From: an uncultured Nitrospinota bacterium
GTDB lineage: Bacteria; Tectomicrobia; Entotheonellia; J063; CAVPRW01
Direction of reading: 5' to 3'
DNA: 64,000 bases
NCBI GenBank assembly: GCA_963707985.1
Contig: CAVPRW010000017.1
Span: 318,879-382,878 of the forward strand
Shown piece by piece: positions 44,042-54,907 of the stretch (the first letter of the stretch is position 1; each line of letters opens with the position of its first letter). The position numbers and the translations under genes were made by a program. A model generated the notes under the pieces. That model did no database searches. It was not told the DNA's origin and saw only the letters and a list, made by a program, of their open reading frames with translations.

Positions 44042-44680
44042 TTATTGCAGCGTTTCGACTTGCCCAGGCGAAATGTACCAGAGCACGATATGGTAGTGAG
44101 GATCGGGCACGCCTGGATGCCCATTATTGTAGTAGATGTCGACGTGGTCCACTTTTGCCGGCGCGCTGGCTAGGATATTGAAGGCCTTGCCGGATCTGAG
44201 ATCCCGAAGCGGAATCATATAGACAGAGCTCACCAGATTGCCCTGCCGGTCATAGGCCAAAAATGGGCCTGCCGGCAAGGTCGTGGGGTTAACATAAAGT
44301 GTACCCAGGCCGGGGAAATAATCGGGTAACTGAGCAAGCGAGCTCAGCTTCTTAAAGTCGCCGCCGGGCGGGGGTTTCAGCCATGATTCCGGTTGGGCTG
44401 CACCACCGGCTCGAGCCTGATCTCCAGCCAACAGCACGCGGCGCGTGGCCTCGTCTAGCTGTCCTGTGACCGGTAGTCCCTGGCGCGCCTGGTAGCGGCG
44501 TAGTGCATCCCTCGTCCGAGCCCCTATCACCCCATCGATGTACCCCGGATCAAACCCTGCAGCTTTTAGCCGCTCTTGCGCTTGGCCAACCCGCCAGTCG
44601 GTATATGCAGGGATCAGAACAGGCCAGAGGACGAGACACAGTATTCCCATCAGTAGGCGGTAGATCTTGGAAGTCGTCAT
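44042..44680 (-). CDS. Exported peptidoglycan-binding domain protein with His-rich C-terminal domain
   Basis: GFDPGYIDGVIGARTRDALRRYQ..GLPVTG.LD; GHPGVPDPHYHIVLW. Confidence 0.8.
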   Translation of the reverse strand: MTTSKIYRLLMGILCLVLWPVLIPAYTDWRVGQAQERLKAAGFDPGYIDGVIGARTRDALRRYQARQGLPVTGQLDEATRRVLLAGDQARAGGAAQPESWLKPPPGGDFKKLSSLAQLPDYFPGLGTLYVNPTTLPAGPFLAYDRQGNLVSSVYMIPLRDLRSGKAFNILASAPAKVDHVDIYYNNGHPGVPDPHYHIVLWYISPGQVETLQ

Positions 44681-44842
44681 GGAGAATATCCTCCTATCGA
44701 TCTCCTCATGGCGGATCGCCTGGTACATCTCGCGGCGTAAGACTCGAGGAGATCTTGCCAAACGAGGGGCCCGCACACAAGAGGCTGCCTAGCTCCGCAA
44801 AGCGGTGAGTGTATCGGAACCGCGGGAATGCGTCAACTCCAA

Positions 44843-45937
44843 CTAGCGTGGCGCTGCCGTAGAAGGGAGGGGCTGAACTTCGCCAGTCAAGGCCTGGAGG
44901 AAGGCCAACAAGTCGCGCTTTTCCTGGGCAGTTAGCGCCAAGGGTTGAACGAGCGGGGATTTTCCGGCGACAGTGCCGCCACCGCCGTTGTAGAAGTCGA
45001 TGATTTCCTCCAGCGCTTGAAAGGCTCCGTTGTGCATGTAGGGATCACGCTGTGCCACATTGCGTAATGTCGGTGTTTTGAATGCCCCTTTGTCCTTCTC
45101 GTCTTTGGTGACGAGATAACGACCTAAATCTTCTTTCACCTGTGCATAGTCTGGCACGCTCATCCGTTTCGCATCGAAGCGGATCGACGCCTGTACGAGG
45201 GGATGCGTCAGCAATGGCACATCTGGGACTCCCAGATTATGGAATAGGCTATCGGTGAAATTGGGGCCGTTATGGCACAGGATGCAGCGCGCCTTGCCCT
45301 TGAAAAGCGCCATCCCGCGCACCGCACTCTCGGACATGGCTTGCTGGTCTCCCGCCATATAGCGATCGAAGGGCGCATTTCGTGTGATCAAGGTGCGCTC
45401 GAATGTTGCTAACGCCTTACCCAGGGCCTCTGGGTTCGCCGGGGAGCCGAATACCTTTTGGAACCGTTCGGCATAGTCGGGGATGGCATTCAATTTTTCG
45501 ATGAGGAAATCCAGATTTTGGTTCATATGGAGGGGGTTCTGGATTGGGCCTAGAGCCTGCTTTTCGAGCGATCCAGCCCGCCCATCCCAGAGGAGGGCTT
45601 TATTGTACGCGACATTCACCAGTGTGGGCGAGAGCCGCCGCTCCATACTCGTTGGATAGGCGAGAGACAGCGGCGTATGAATGGCCCATCCCTGGTCCGG
45701 GAGGTGGCAACTGACGCAGGCCAGGCTCCCATCTGCCGAGAGGCGTGCATCAAAAAAAAGCAGCCCTCCTAGCTCGATCTTCTCGGGTGTCAGCGGGTTG
45801 TCCTCAGGGACGGGCACGGGCGGAAGCGGACCGATATCCGTAGGGGTTCCTGCGTCGACCAATCCCTGTCCCAAAAGAGCCAGAAAGCCTATTACGACCA
45901 CTGAGCAGAGTCTGACCTGTCGTCGCAATCTTGCCAT
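44843..45937 (-). CDS. Di-heme cytochrome c peroxidase/MauG family protein
   Basis: CVSCH, CILCH, WDGRA, FKTPTLRN, PYMHNG. Confidence 0.92.
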   Translation of the reverse strand: MARLRRQVRLCSVVVIGFLALLGQGLVDAGTPTDIGPLPPVPVPEDNPLTPEKIELGGLLFFDARLSADGSLACVSCHLPDQGWAIHTPLSLAYPTSMERRLSPTLVNVAYNKALLWDGRAGSLEKQALGPIQNPLHMNQNLDFLIEKLNAIPDYAERFQKVFGSPANPEALGKALATFERTLITRNAPFDRYMAGDQQAMSESAVRGMALFKGKARCILCHNGPNFTDSLFHNLGVPDVPLLTHPLVQASIRFDAKRMSVPDYAQVKEDLGRYLVTKDEKDKGAFKTPTLRNVAQRDPYMHNGAFQALEEIIDFYNGGGGTVAGKSPLVQPLALTAQEKRDLLAFLQALTGEVQPLPSTAAPR

Positions 45938-46117
45938 CAATTCATGTCCTCAGGCGGAAGTAGCCGCGCATACCCACTGACCTGACCTATATACGGTACT
46001 TTCGAACCGAGTGCAAGCCATTACCATCGACCCCGTGAGCCTAGTCGCCTTATGCTCAGGTGCGTTTGAACCCACGCCGGTGCTAGGCTCCCCGTGAGCC
46101 AGACAACTTCTGGGGCC

Positions 46118-47062
46118 TCACCATGCCCAATGTCCCGGGAGTTGCCGGACAGGAGCACTCTGATCCAGGGGGCCTGCTATCGTAAGGATGATCGATAGTC
46201 GACTGACACTTCCCTGCCCAGTGAGCGCGCGAACGCTGAGCCGATAGGTGTGATTTGCGGCCGCAAGTGGCGCTGTTCCACGGATATGAAGACGTTCACG
46301 ATCGAGTTGGAGCCAGCCAGGCTGGTCAGCCGAGGCCTCGAGTGTGACTTCGACGGGAACACCTTCGGGCAGGCGTTCTAACCGGGGTAATGGGAACTCA
46401 AACGATTCGCCAGCTCGGTAGAGGTGTGATACTTGGAGTGGCTGCCATTGTAGGCGGGGGGATATTAGCGGCTGATCTGGCTGCGTCGGCCCTGTACTGT
46501 TGAAGTCCTTCAACCACCAATATGCGGTTGAGAGGATCGCGACACTCAGCAGCACCAAAATCACCTTTTTCGCCCAATGATACCGCGGTTCAGGTTGTGC
46601 GAAGAACGGGGCCAGTGTGAGATATTCCTTGATGCCATCACATCGGGCGATATGCACTTCGGCCGCTTCCCTGGCAAAGGCGGCTAATAACTCTTCAGTG
46701 ACGGCGCCGGTTTGTCGGATCTCGCGGGTCCGATCGACATCGATGGACGGGAAGCCCTTTTTTCGCTCCTTCCCATGCAAAAACACCCTGGAATGATAGC
46801 GCCAGGTTTGACGGTTTGCGACCAGGGTCGTCCGGACCTCCCACTCCCCCTGCTCCCCGAACGTGCTCAGCAGGGATTTTTGTTGTAGAAGGTCCGCCGC
46901 GGCTCGGGCCACGTCCTCCGCACCACGTATCTGATTTCCCGGGGCTTCCCAGCCCATATTCAGCATGCCATTGGACGATGAGTCAGGGTCGAACGCCGTC
47001 ATTCCCATACATGCCCCCTTGCCCGCCTTCACGCGTATACTGTTCAGTAGAGCCTGCGACAC
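46118..47062 (-). CDS. Single-TM hypothetical protein with C-terminal putative Ig-like domain; start uncertain
   Basis: Central TM segment; QPGWLQLD....IRGTAP. Confidence 0.6.
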   Translation of the reverse strand: MSQALLNSIRVKAGKGACMGMTAFDPDSSSNGMLNMGWEAPGNQIRGAEDVARAAADLLQQKSLLSTFGEQGEWEVRTTLVANRQTWRYHSRVFLHGKERKKGFPSIDVDRTREIRQTGAVTEELLAAFAREAAEVHIARCDGIKEYLTLAPFFAQPEPRYHWAKKVILVLLSVAILSTAYWWLKDFNSTGPTQPDQPLISPRLQWQPLQVSHLYRAGESFEFPLPRLERLPEGVPVEVTLEASADQPGWLQLDRERLHIRGTAPLAAANHTYRLSVRALTGQGSVSRLSIILTIAGPLDQSAPVRQLPGHWAW

Positions 47063-47332
47063 CTCAAGTTTGCAGAAAAGGCATCTCTCATCGAATTCAC
47101 GCCCGTGTCCCGAAGTCCTGCGGCATGCGCACGGAGAGCATAGATTGAGCTGGTCAAGCCATCATATGGGTCAGGGTATCTATCATGGGTTGTCATGTGG
47201 CAGCCGTCAGAAGAGGGACGAGACGAGTCCGATCGATCATCATAACATGATTGTCGATGACAGTGGTCAATACCATAAAATCGTTATCATAATGGGTAAC
47301 GTGGGCTCTTCTGCGCCGCGTTCCCTACCCGC

Positions 47333-49620
47333 TCAGCGCTTACCCTCGAGGCTTTCCAGCAGACGCCTCGCCTGGACGTCCCCTGGTGAGGCCTCCACCA
47401 GCTTCCGCGCCCAAGCGATGGCGGCCTGACGATCGCCCGCCTGCTGATGATACTGCACCAGCGCCGCCAGGATATCACGGTCGGCAGGGTGCCGACGCTG
47501 CGCTTCCGTTAATACCTGCAGCCCCTGTTGCACCTCGCCGGCTTCATGCAATGCCACACCGTAGACGTAGGCATAGCGTGGTGCATCCGGGTGCAGTTGC
47601 GCCGCCTTGGCCAGCTCAGGAATGGCCTCAGGCAAGCGTTGCTGACGCACGAGTGACAGACCCAGCCCATGGTAGGCGGCGGCGTTTGCCGGGTCAGCCT
47701 GCAGAGCGGCGCGTAAAGTCTGCACGACCAGATCCTCCCGGCCTTGCTGGCGGTACAGGTCGGCCAGATTGATGTAGGCTGGGATGAATGCCGGTTGGAG
47801 CCGCAGGGCGGTGCGATACGCCGCTTCCGCCGCCGCCAATCTTCCAAGTCGAGCATCGAGGGCACCGAGATTGACGTGGGCCTCGGCGCGATCGGCATTG
47901 AACCCCTGAGCCTGGCGGTATTCGGCCATCGCCTGGTCGAGTATCGCCAATTGATCGGGAGTATAGGCCTGGCGCGGCACGTCGACAAGGCTAGAAACCG
48001 TTTCCAAGCGCACGGTACGAATCGGGTCGCGTAACAGCGGGGCACCCAACGTTACCCGCGCGCGTGGTTCCACGGCGGACAATGCCGCCGCCGCGGCACG
48101 TCGAATGAGTGGGTCACGATCATGTAGGGAAGGCTCAATGACACGAAACGACTGTGGACTTAGATAGCGCGGTAACAAGCTCAACGCCGTAGCGCGGACG
48201 ATGGCCGGAAACGCCGTGTTCTCCACGGTTTGTAGCAGTAGTTGCTCGGCGTCGACGTGAGCATTCCGGCCTGCATCGAGCGCCTCGCCATAGTGCGATC
48301 CGCCTTTGCGCTGCGGTCCATACCACTGAACTACCGCATCGGCGGCCCATTGCGCTGTTCGACCAGCATGGCAGTCGGTGCAGACGCTGGGCGTGCCGAT
48401 CTTCACCGACAGGTCAGGCCGCGGCACGCGAAAGCTGTGATCACGCCGACCATCGATGACCATATAGAAGCGTTCGATCATGTGACAGGAAACACACTGT
48501 GCAGCCTTGGTGTCCGCCTGGTGGAAGTGATGCTGCGGTCCGTCGTACTTGGCTGGCAGATGACATTGTGCACACAGCGCATTACCCTGGGCGCGCAGGT
48601 GACCGCTGTGGGGCTCATGGCAATTCGAGCAGGTGACTCCCGCCTGATACATCTTGCTTTGTAAGAACGATCCATACTCGTACACCTCATCGCGGATCTG
48701 ACCGTCAGCGTGGTAGAGCGCTGCATCTAAGAGTGCCCCACGATAGCTCTGCTCCAGAGGCTGACCGGGCTGGTAATCGCCCCAGACCTGCCCACGTCGA
48801 GCATGACAGCGCCCACAGGTCTCCACCTCGGCGCGGGATGACGGCGGCTTCGTGCGTCGTGCAATGGCTTCTCCAGGCGGAAAGGCCCAGACGCCACCAG
48901 AGGTGTCTTTAAGTGGGGCAACTAATCCGCGAGTAGGATCAGGCTCCATACGGCCGGATGGTCCATCTTGGGCCCATGCGACATGGCGGGAGCCTGGGCC
49001 GTGACAGGCTTCGCAGGAGACGTTGATGTCTGACCAGGTAGTCTGGTAGCGATCCTCCGCCAACCGGTAGTCTTTCTGCAAGTTGGTGGAATGGCAGTCG
49101 GCGCACATGAAGTTCCAGTTCTGCAGCTGGCCGGTCCAGTGCAGGATGTCCCGGTGGTCGATCTTCTCCTGGGGATAGAGATGAAACCACCGCTGGCCTC
49201 CAGCCGCGGCCGGGCGGCTGTCCCAGGCAATGCTCAAGGCTTGATAACGCCCGTTGGGAAAGGCGATCAGATACTGCTGCAGCGGGTCGACGCCAAATGT
49301 ATAGTCGATTTTGTAGTCGTGTAGCTGACCGTCCGGTCCATCGGTGCGTACAAAGTATTCCCCATCACGGCTGAAAAATGTCGACGTCACACCGTCTTTC
49401 TCGAAGGTTGCATGATCGAAGTTACCGAGGACTGTCGCGCTGTTTGCCGGTTGCATCGCGCGGGCATGGTCGGAGCCTTTCCAACGTTCCGCCTCCCGTG
49501 CATGGCAGGTCACACAGACCTGGCCGCCGACATAGGTTGGGATCGGCCGTGGTCGTGGCGGCATCCGCCTGCCGGCCAGCAAAGGCTGGAAAGCACATCA
49601 CCACGAGCAAGATGCCGACC
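47333..49620 (-). CDS. Octaheme cytochrome c + HEAT + TPR protein; signal-like peptide separated by +1 frameshift at 49537
   Basis: Eight CxxCH motifs (CVTCH, CADCH, CEACH, CGRCH, CSNCH, CAQCH, CVSCH, CTDCH) and TPR repeats. Confidence 0.85.
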
Positions 49621-50435
49621 CCTGGCGGATTTAAGGCGGGCAGCCGCGGCCCATGCGTCGTGGTCCTCCACTGCCGGCGTTTCCGACGCAGCCGTCGTAA
49701 GACGTCAGCCAGTGCCGCACCGTCCCAATCCGAGGTCCTGCGCAGGGAGGACTCCTGGAGCGCCTCTACCTGGTGCCGAAGATCAGGATCGGAGTACCGG
49801 ACGAGGAAGTCCTCAATAGTCGCGGCGTCTGGGCCTTGATGGGTGGAGTCGAGCCACCGTAGCAGGGCATTATAGGTCGCCTTGGCATCGCTGGCCCGAC
49901 AGGCGTCGAGCAGATGCGCCAACAGACTGGCATCACTCCCGTGGCGTTGCGCTCGCCACCGCTCCCACGCGGCCAGGAGTTCACCTCCATAGCGCCAACT
50001 GGTGGCGACCGCTGCAGACGTCAGTATGCCTGCAGCCACGATCCACCACGGCCATAACCAACCCGGTGCCACCGCGGCGACACGCTGGCCGCTGAAGTCA
50101 CCATGCTCAATGCGGTCCTGCACGACCGGGGGCTTCGCATAGACCTTGAGGCCGTGCCAGGGTGGATCGGGGAAGAGCTTGGCGACCTCCGCATATTGAT
50201 GCTGTCCCATGAGCCGTGCCCCCTGTTGATCCGAGGTCAACCAGAGATTTGCGAACGATCTCCCCATCGATTGTCCGGCCCAGATATTTGCGCCGATAAG
50301 GGTGGCAAGGAATACAGCTCGAAGCAAGTTCTTAGGCTGCACGCAGGGGTTCCTCTCGAGGACCTCATGATCACTGCACGAACCAGCCAGGACGACAACG
50401 CCGAACACCAACCAGTAGCCCGCATCTTGAAGGAG
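49620..50435 (-). pseudogene. Mosaic of bat-operon fragments (VWA/BatB end, TPR start, BatD pieces)
   Basis: QDAGYWLV; FANLWLTSDQQG; GLKVYAKPPVVQDR; terminal LPALNP. Confidence 0.6.
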
Positions 50436-51233
50436 CTACCGCTGGCCTGGCGGTAACCTCCCTTCCTGAGGTCTGATCAGCGCTGCCGCCCAGGCTGCGT
50501 CGGCCGGTGACAACGGGGGGGTGGGCGGCTTACGATAATCCACTCTCAGGTCGTAACGCGCCCGCGTGTAGGCGGTGTGGAGGGCCTGTTCTAGATCCAA
50601 GGGGACCGGCGGGTCTGGAGGCAACAGAGGGATGGGAATCGTGGGCAACGGCTGGCACACGCTGATGGGCCACACGCTGCTGCGTGGTCGTTCTCCCGCT
50701 TTGCAGACCATAACCATGTAATGGGCCGGCGGCAATGGATCGTCGAAGGGCATGCGAGGATAGCTGCGTAGCAGGTCGATCTCGATCAAATGCACCGGCG
50801 AGGTCAGAAAGGTACGACGCTTTTCCAAGTAGTCTTCCCTCCCCTTTCCCCGCCGCTTATTGACCGGTGATAACAACTCGATCACCGCCACCAGGCGCGC
50901 CGTCTCACGCTGGCGAATGTATACGGAGACCAAGCGGGTTGGACCATCCATAGGTACCCGTACCTGCACAGGAGCGGGCGCCGCAACCGCGGCGGCTGTC
51001 GGCGCCCCGAAAGCTACATCGGGGCAGGTGACGCTGATATCCGGGAGCACGACCTGGGGATCATCATCGAGGTGGTCGATGACTACCTGGGTTTCCAACT
51101 CAGCCAAGTATTTGGGGACGAGCAATGGCGTCAACTGCTCCCGGAAAATGCTCATCAAACTGGTATGCACATCTGGCCAGATGCTTGGCGCTTCCAGATA
51201 CGGGTCCATCCCCGGAAAAGGTGAGTGCATCAT
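50436..51233 (-). CDS. DUF4058 family protein (restriction-endonuclease-like fold)
   Basis: SPFPGMDPYLE, IELLSPVNK, HLIEIDLLR, LPTIPIPL. Confidence 0.92.
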   Translation of the reverse strand: MMHSPFPGMDPYLEAPSIWPDVHTSLMSIFREQLTPLLVPKYLAELETQVVIDHLDDDPQVVLPDISVTCPDVAFGAPTAAAVAAPAPVQVRVPMDGPTRLVSVYIRQRETARLVAVIELLSPVNKRRGKGREDYLEKRRTFLTSPVHLIEIDLLRSYPRMPFDDPLPPAHYMVMVCKAGERPRSSVWPISVCQPLPTIPIPLLPPDPPVPLDLEQALHTAYTRARYDLRVDYRKPPTPPLSPADAAWAAALIRPQEGRLPPGQR

Positions 51234-51451
51234 CGTTGCCTCAGCACCTTGTCCTGCCCTTGCTACGGATCTTTTCGCTTTACTTCTGTCGCTTCCTGTG
51301 GCGTGAGTATGGGCCATAGCCCAAGGGAATGCAAGTCGAAGAGAGCCATGGTGCAGCCGCTTGCCTGTTGTGGACGGTCACCGACGGTGGCCAAGGAGAT
51401 GCGGCCAAAACCAACAGGCGAAGATCTCGTCCTACCCCCATCAATGAGGTG

Positions 51452-51480
51452 TTGACACAAGCGCTCGGGACTACTAAGAT
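51452..51480 (+). promoter_or_regulatory. Sigma70 promoter of tRNA cluster
   Basis: TTGACA-N17-TAAGAT. Confidence 0.7.
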
Positions 51481-51592
51481 AGATGAGTTTGCATAGCTTG
51501 TTCTTTGCGACCGGCCCGAAGACCTCGAAGCTCACGCATCGTCCCCGCAATGAAGGGTAATCCATGCCGCGTGGGGAGTTGTGATTCGTCTT

Positions 51593-51678
51593 GGAGGGCT
51601 AGTCCTAACTGGTAAGGCAGTGGACTTGAAATCCACCGGGCCGCGAGGCTCATGGGGGTTCGAATCCCTCGCCCTCCG
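51593..51678 (+). tRNA. tRNA-Ser(TGA)
   Basis: GGAGGGC/GCCCTCC acceptor, GTGGA-ctTGAaa-TCCAC, long variable arm. Confidence 0.93.
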
Positions 51679-51723
51679 CTGCACGGTCTGAGAATGTGAT
51701 TTGTTAGTCTGGCCCAACTTTTA

Positions 51724-51815
51724 GGAGAGGTGGCCGAGTGGTCGAAGGCGCGCGCCTGCTAAGCGTGTGTAGGCCGAAAGGTCTACCCTGGGTTCAAATC
51801 CCAGCCTCTCCGCCA
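51724..51815 (+). tRNA. tRNA-Ser(GCT)
   Basis: Cloverleaf, ctGCTaa loop, long variable arm, CCA. Confidence 0.95.
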
Positions 51816-51825
51816 GAATTGCCGA

Positions 51826-51899
51826 GCGCCCATAGCTCAGATGGATAGAGCGCTTCCCTGCGGAGGAAGAGGCCGGAGGTTCAAATCCCCCTGGGCGCG
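51826..51899 (+). tRNA. tRNA-Arg(GCG)
   Basis: GCGCCCA/TGGGCGC acceptor, CTTCC-ctGCGga-GGAAG; one A-C mismatch in T stem. Confidence 0.9.
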
Positions 51900-52046
51900 T
51901 TATGATGCGAGTCAGTGCCTTGGGACCGAGGCACTACGTCCCCACTTCCGTGACAGAGGCAGTAGCCGCTATCAACGCCAAGCTGGCTTCGCAACCTCAC
52001 TCCCGGCTTCCTGGCACGGTAGAGAGTAGATTGTCCAAGCTCGTAA

Positions 52047-52136
52047 GGAGGGATGGCCGAGTGGACGAAGGCGATCGACTCGAAATCGATTAGGGGCCCA
52101 AAAGGTTCCTCGGGGGTTCGAATCCCTCTCCCTCCG
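52047..52136 (+). tRNA. tRNA-Ser(CGA)
   Basis: ATCGA-ctCGAaa-TCGAT, long variable arm. Confidence 0.93.
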
Positions 52137-52210
52137 TCACCGATCTCGTCATCCTAATAATCCTTAAAAAATTGCCGTCGATGCTCTTCTAGATGGTTAA
52201 AGAAGTATAC

Positions 52211-52304
<94 letters not shown>

Positions 52305-52427
52305 CGTGTGGGGGAAACTACACACGCCTGAAAGTCTGAACGACATCGACGGTAGAGGATATCGTCCTCTAGCAAACGAGCTGACATGCGAGAACCAAGG
52401 CTGTAGTAGTTCGGAATACTGGAAATG

Positions 52428-52702
52428 AGGTCGTGCTAGGTGGGGAGGTAGCGGTGCCCTGTCACCCGCAATCCGCTATAGCGGGGCTGAATCCCTCGTG
52501 AGCGGCTACACTCTTCTTCAAGGCCTGCCTCACGTGCAGTGGTGTTGAGAGCTGGGTCCGACGCAACAAGGACTTACAAACCCCGCCAGGTCCGGAGGGA
52601 AGCAACGGTAAGTAGGACCCCTTGTGTGCCGTTGGGGTGCCTGGCTTGAGCCACGGCGTGAGTTCCGCTTGGGGAAGGGGGTCAATCCGAGGTGCACGGC
52701 CT
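52428..52702 (+). ncRNA. ffs: Large (Alu-domain) bacterial SRP RNA
   Basis: GTGCTAGGTGGGGAGGTAGCGGTGCCCTG 5' Alu part, CCAGGTCCGGAGGGAAGCAACGG helix 8, paired ends, upstream of dnaX. Confidence 0.92.
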
Positions 52703-52795
52703 CACAGGTGTCGAGCTTTTCCAATGCTATTACACTCCCGTGGTCAGATTGTGCTAACGCTTCTGCCATTGAGCCAGGCCCTCAGAGGATAATCC

Positions 52796-54553
52796 ATGTC
52801 CTATCAGGTGACGGCTCGTAAATGGCGCCCACAGACATTTGTCGAGTTGGTCGGGCAGGAAGCTGTGGCGCGCACCCTACAAAATGCCCTCCGCCAGGGC
52901 CGAATCGCCCATGCCTACCTGTTTACCGGCACTCGTGGAGTTGGTAAAACGACTACAGCCCGTCTCCTGGCAAAGGCCTTAGAGTGCGAGCTTGGTCCTT
53001 CTCCCGAGCCGTGCAACCAATGCTCATCGTGCCAAGCGATTACCGTAGGGAGTTCATTGGACGTTCTGGAGATCGACGGGGCCTCGAACCGTGGTATTGA
53101 TGAGATCCGCGACCTGCGTGAGAAAATTCGCTATGCCCCGACGCGTAGCCGCTACAAGATCTATATCATCGATGAAGTGCATATGCTCACCGAGCATGCC
53201 TTCAATGCTCTGTTGAAAACGCTTGAGGAACCCCCTCCTCAGGTGGTGTTCATCTTTGCCACGACAGAGCCGCAAAAGGTTCCCCGCACCATACTCTCCC
53301 GCTGTCAACGGTTCGATTTCCGCAAGGTGCCGAGTGCGGAGATCGCCCAATGCCTGAGCAAGATTGCTGAGCAGGAAGGCATTCACATCGGTAGCGATGC
53401 GCTGTATCGGATTGCTCGACGGGCTGAGGGAAGCGTGCGCGATGCTCAAACCCTCTTCGACCAAGTCGTGGCGTTCTGTGGTTTTGAGGTCCAGGATGAT
53501 GACCTCGGCCAGTTAATGGGGGCGGTCGGAGAGGACCAAACGGTGGCCATCATCGAGGCCATCCTGGCGCGCGATTCTCGTCTGGTTCTCGAAAAGGTCG
53601 CCGAGATCCTCCGGGAAGGCCATGATACCCGAGAGCTCTGTCGCTATATGCTTGAGCTGGTGAGGGATATGATCGTCATCAAGGTCGCGCCTCCAGGCCA
53701 TGGTCTGCTCGATCGCTCACCCGCTGAGTTGGAACACTTACACAAGCTCGGGTCGCAGACCACGATCGAGGACCTGCATACGCTTTTTGAATTCCTCACC
53801 ACGACTGAGATGCGCGTGCGCGACAGTGCCCAGCCTGTCTGGATGTTGGAGGTGTCATTGCTGAAGCTGGCAGCACTGCCGTCGCTCCAGTCCCTGACGA
53901 CCATGGTGGCACGACTGGAGAGCATAGAACGACGCCTCGGACGGGCTGCCGGTGAGCATATTTCCGACGTACCAGCTATCGCAGATGGAGTGCATGAGAA
54001 TGAGCCTGTTTCTGAGGCGTCTCCAACTCCCCCGGGAGTTGGAGTGTCCGTGGCCCCCCCTGTGTCCGCCTTGCCTGCGGCTAGCGACCGGCCACTCTCC
54101 GCCATGGAACTGGTGCACAAAATCATCGAGGGTGCGAGCACAAAGGCCCTTGGCTGGATTTTGGAGCAGCATTGTCAGCTCCAGATCACCGATGATACCT
54201 TGGAGGTCGTCTTTCAAGGCAATCATCGTATGGCACACGAATTACTTCACGAAGATGATACCATACGTACACTACAGCAGATCGCCAACGCGGCCCTCGG
54301 GCGCGACATTGCCGTCCGTATTATCGATGCTCCGGCGCCAAACGGAGATGGGGGAGGCGGTGCCGCGAGTGCTCCTCCGCCGGAAGAGAGTCTGATGTCA
54401 CTGACTCGGGCGGCAATTGTGCGAGACACGATCGAGCTGTTTGGTGGACGGATTCTTGACGTTCGGCAGCGCTCAGTTAGTCGAGAAGCGCAGGGCCGGT
54501 CGATGAATGAAGAGGAGATGGTCAGCCAGGAGGATATGGAGGATGATGAATAA
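52796..54553 (+). CDS. dnaX: DNA polymerase III subunit gamma/tau
   Basis: ARKWRPQTF, GTRGVGKTT, IDEVHML, LLKTLEEPP, SRCQRF. Confidence 0.97.
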   Translation: MSYQVTARKWRPQTFVELVGQEAVARTLQNALRQGRIAHAYLFTGTRGVGKTTTARLLAKALECELGPSPEPCNQCSSCQAITVGSSLDVLEIDGASNRGIDEIRDLREKIRYAPTRSRYKIYIIDEVHMLTEHAFNALLKTLEEPPPQVVFIFATTEPQKVPRTILSRCQRFDFRKVPSAEIAQCLSKIAEQEGIHIGSDALYRIARRAEGSVRDAQTLFDQVVAFCGFEVQDDDLGQLMGAVGEDQTVAIIEAILARDSRLVLEKVAEILREGHDTRELCRYMLELVRDMIVIKVAPPGHGLLDRSPAELEHLHKLGSQTTIEDLHTLFEFLTTTEMRVRDSAQPVWMLEVSLLKLAALPSLQSLTTMVARLESIERRLGRAAGEHISDVPAIADGVHENEPVSEASPTPPGVGVSVAPPVSALPAASDRPLSAMELVHKIIEGASTKALGWILEQHCQLQITDDTLEVVFQGNHRMAHELLHEDDTIRTLQQIANAALGRDIAVRIIDAPAPNGDGGGGAASAPPPEESLMSLTRAAIVRDTIELFGGRILDVRQRSVSREAQGRSMNEEEMVSQEDMEDDE

Positions 54554-54875
54554 AGGCTTTGGCAACATTATGAAGCAGGCCCAGAAGATGCAGGAAAAGC
54601 TCGTTGAGCTGCAAGAAGGCCTGGGTGAGAAAACGGTGGAAGCCACAGTCGGTGGTGGGATGGTGATGGTCGTCGCGAACGGGCGGCAGGAAGTGGTCTC
54701 GATCAAGATCGAGCAGCAAGTCATTGACGATTTGAAGGCTGGCGACCTCGAAATCACGATGCTAGAAGATCTCGTGGCTTCCGGCGTGAACGCCGCCCTG
54801 ACCAAGGCTCGGGATCTGGTGCAGCAGGAAATGGGCAAGCTAACTGGTGGGTTGCGTATTCCAGGGCTGTTCTAG
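54543..54875 (+). CDS. ybaB: YbaB/EbfC nucleoid-associated protein
   Basis: MKQAQKMQE, GGGMV, LEDLV; between dnaX and recR. Confidence 0.95.
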   Translation: MMNKGFGNIMKQAQKMQEKLVELQEGLGEKTVEATVGGGMVMVVANGRQEVVSIKIEQQVIDDLKAGDLEITMLEDLVASGVNAALTKARDLVQQEMGKLTGGLRIPGLF

Positions 54876-54907
54876 CGGCTTATGAGCTTGGCGAAGAGAT
54901 AGACCTC

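Noticed and set aside
46012..46028. Sigma54 promoter for the cytochrome c peroxidase gene
   Set aside because: GG-to-GC spacing is 9 nt, not the required 10.
51593..51678. Possible tRNA-Sec matching the UGA rhodanese
   Set aside because: Anticodon is TGA (Ser), not TCA, and the acceptor stem is a normal 7 bp.
51902..52093. Small ORF as tadA remnant
   Set aside because: No HAE or PCxxC motif, and it overlaps tRNA-Ser(CGA).
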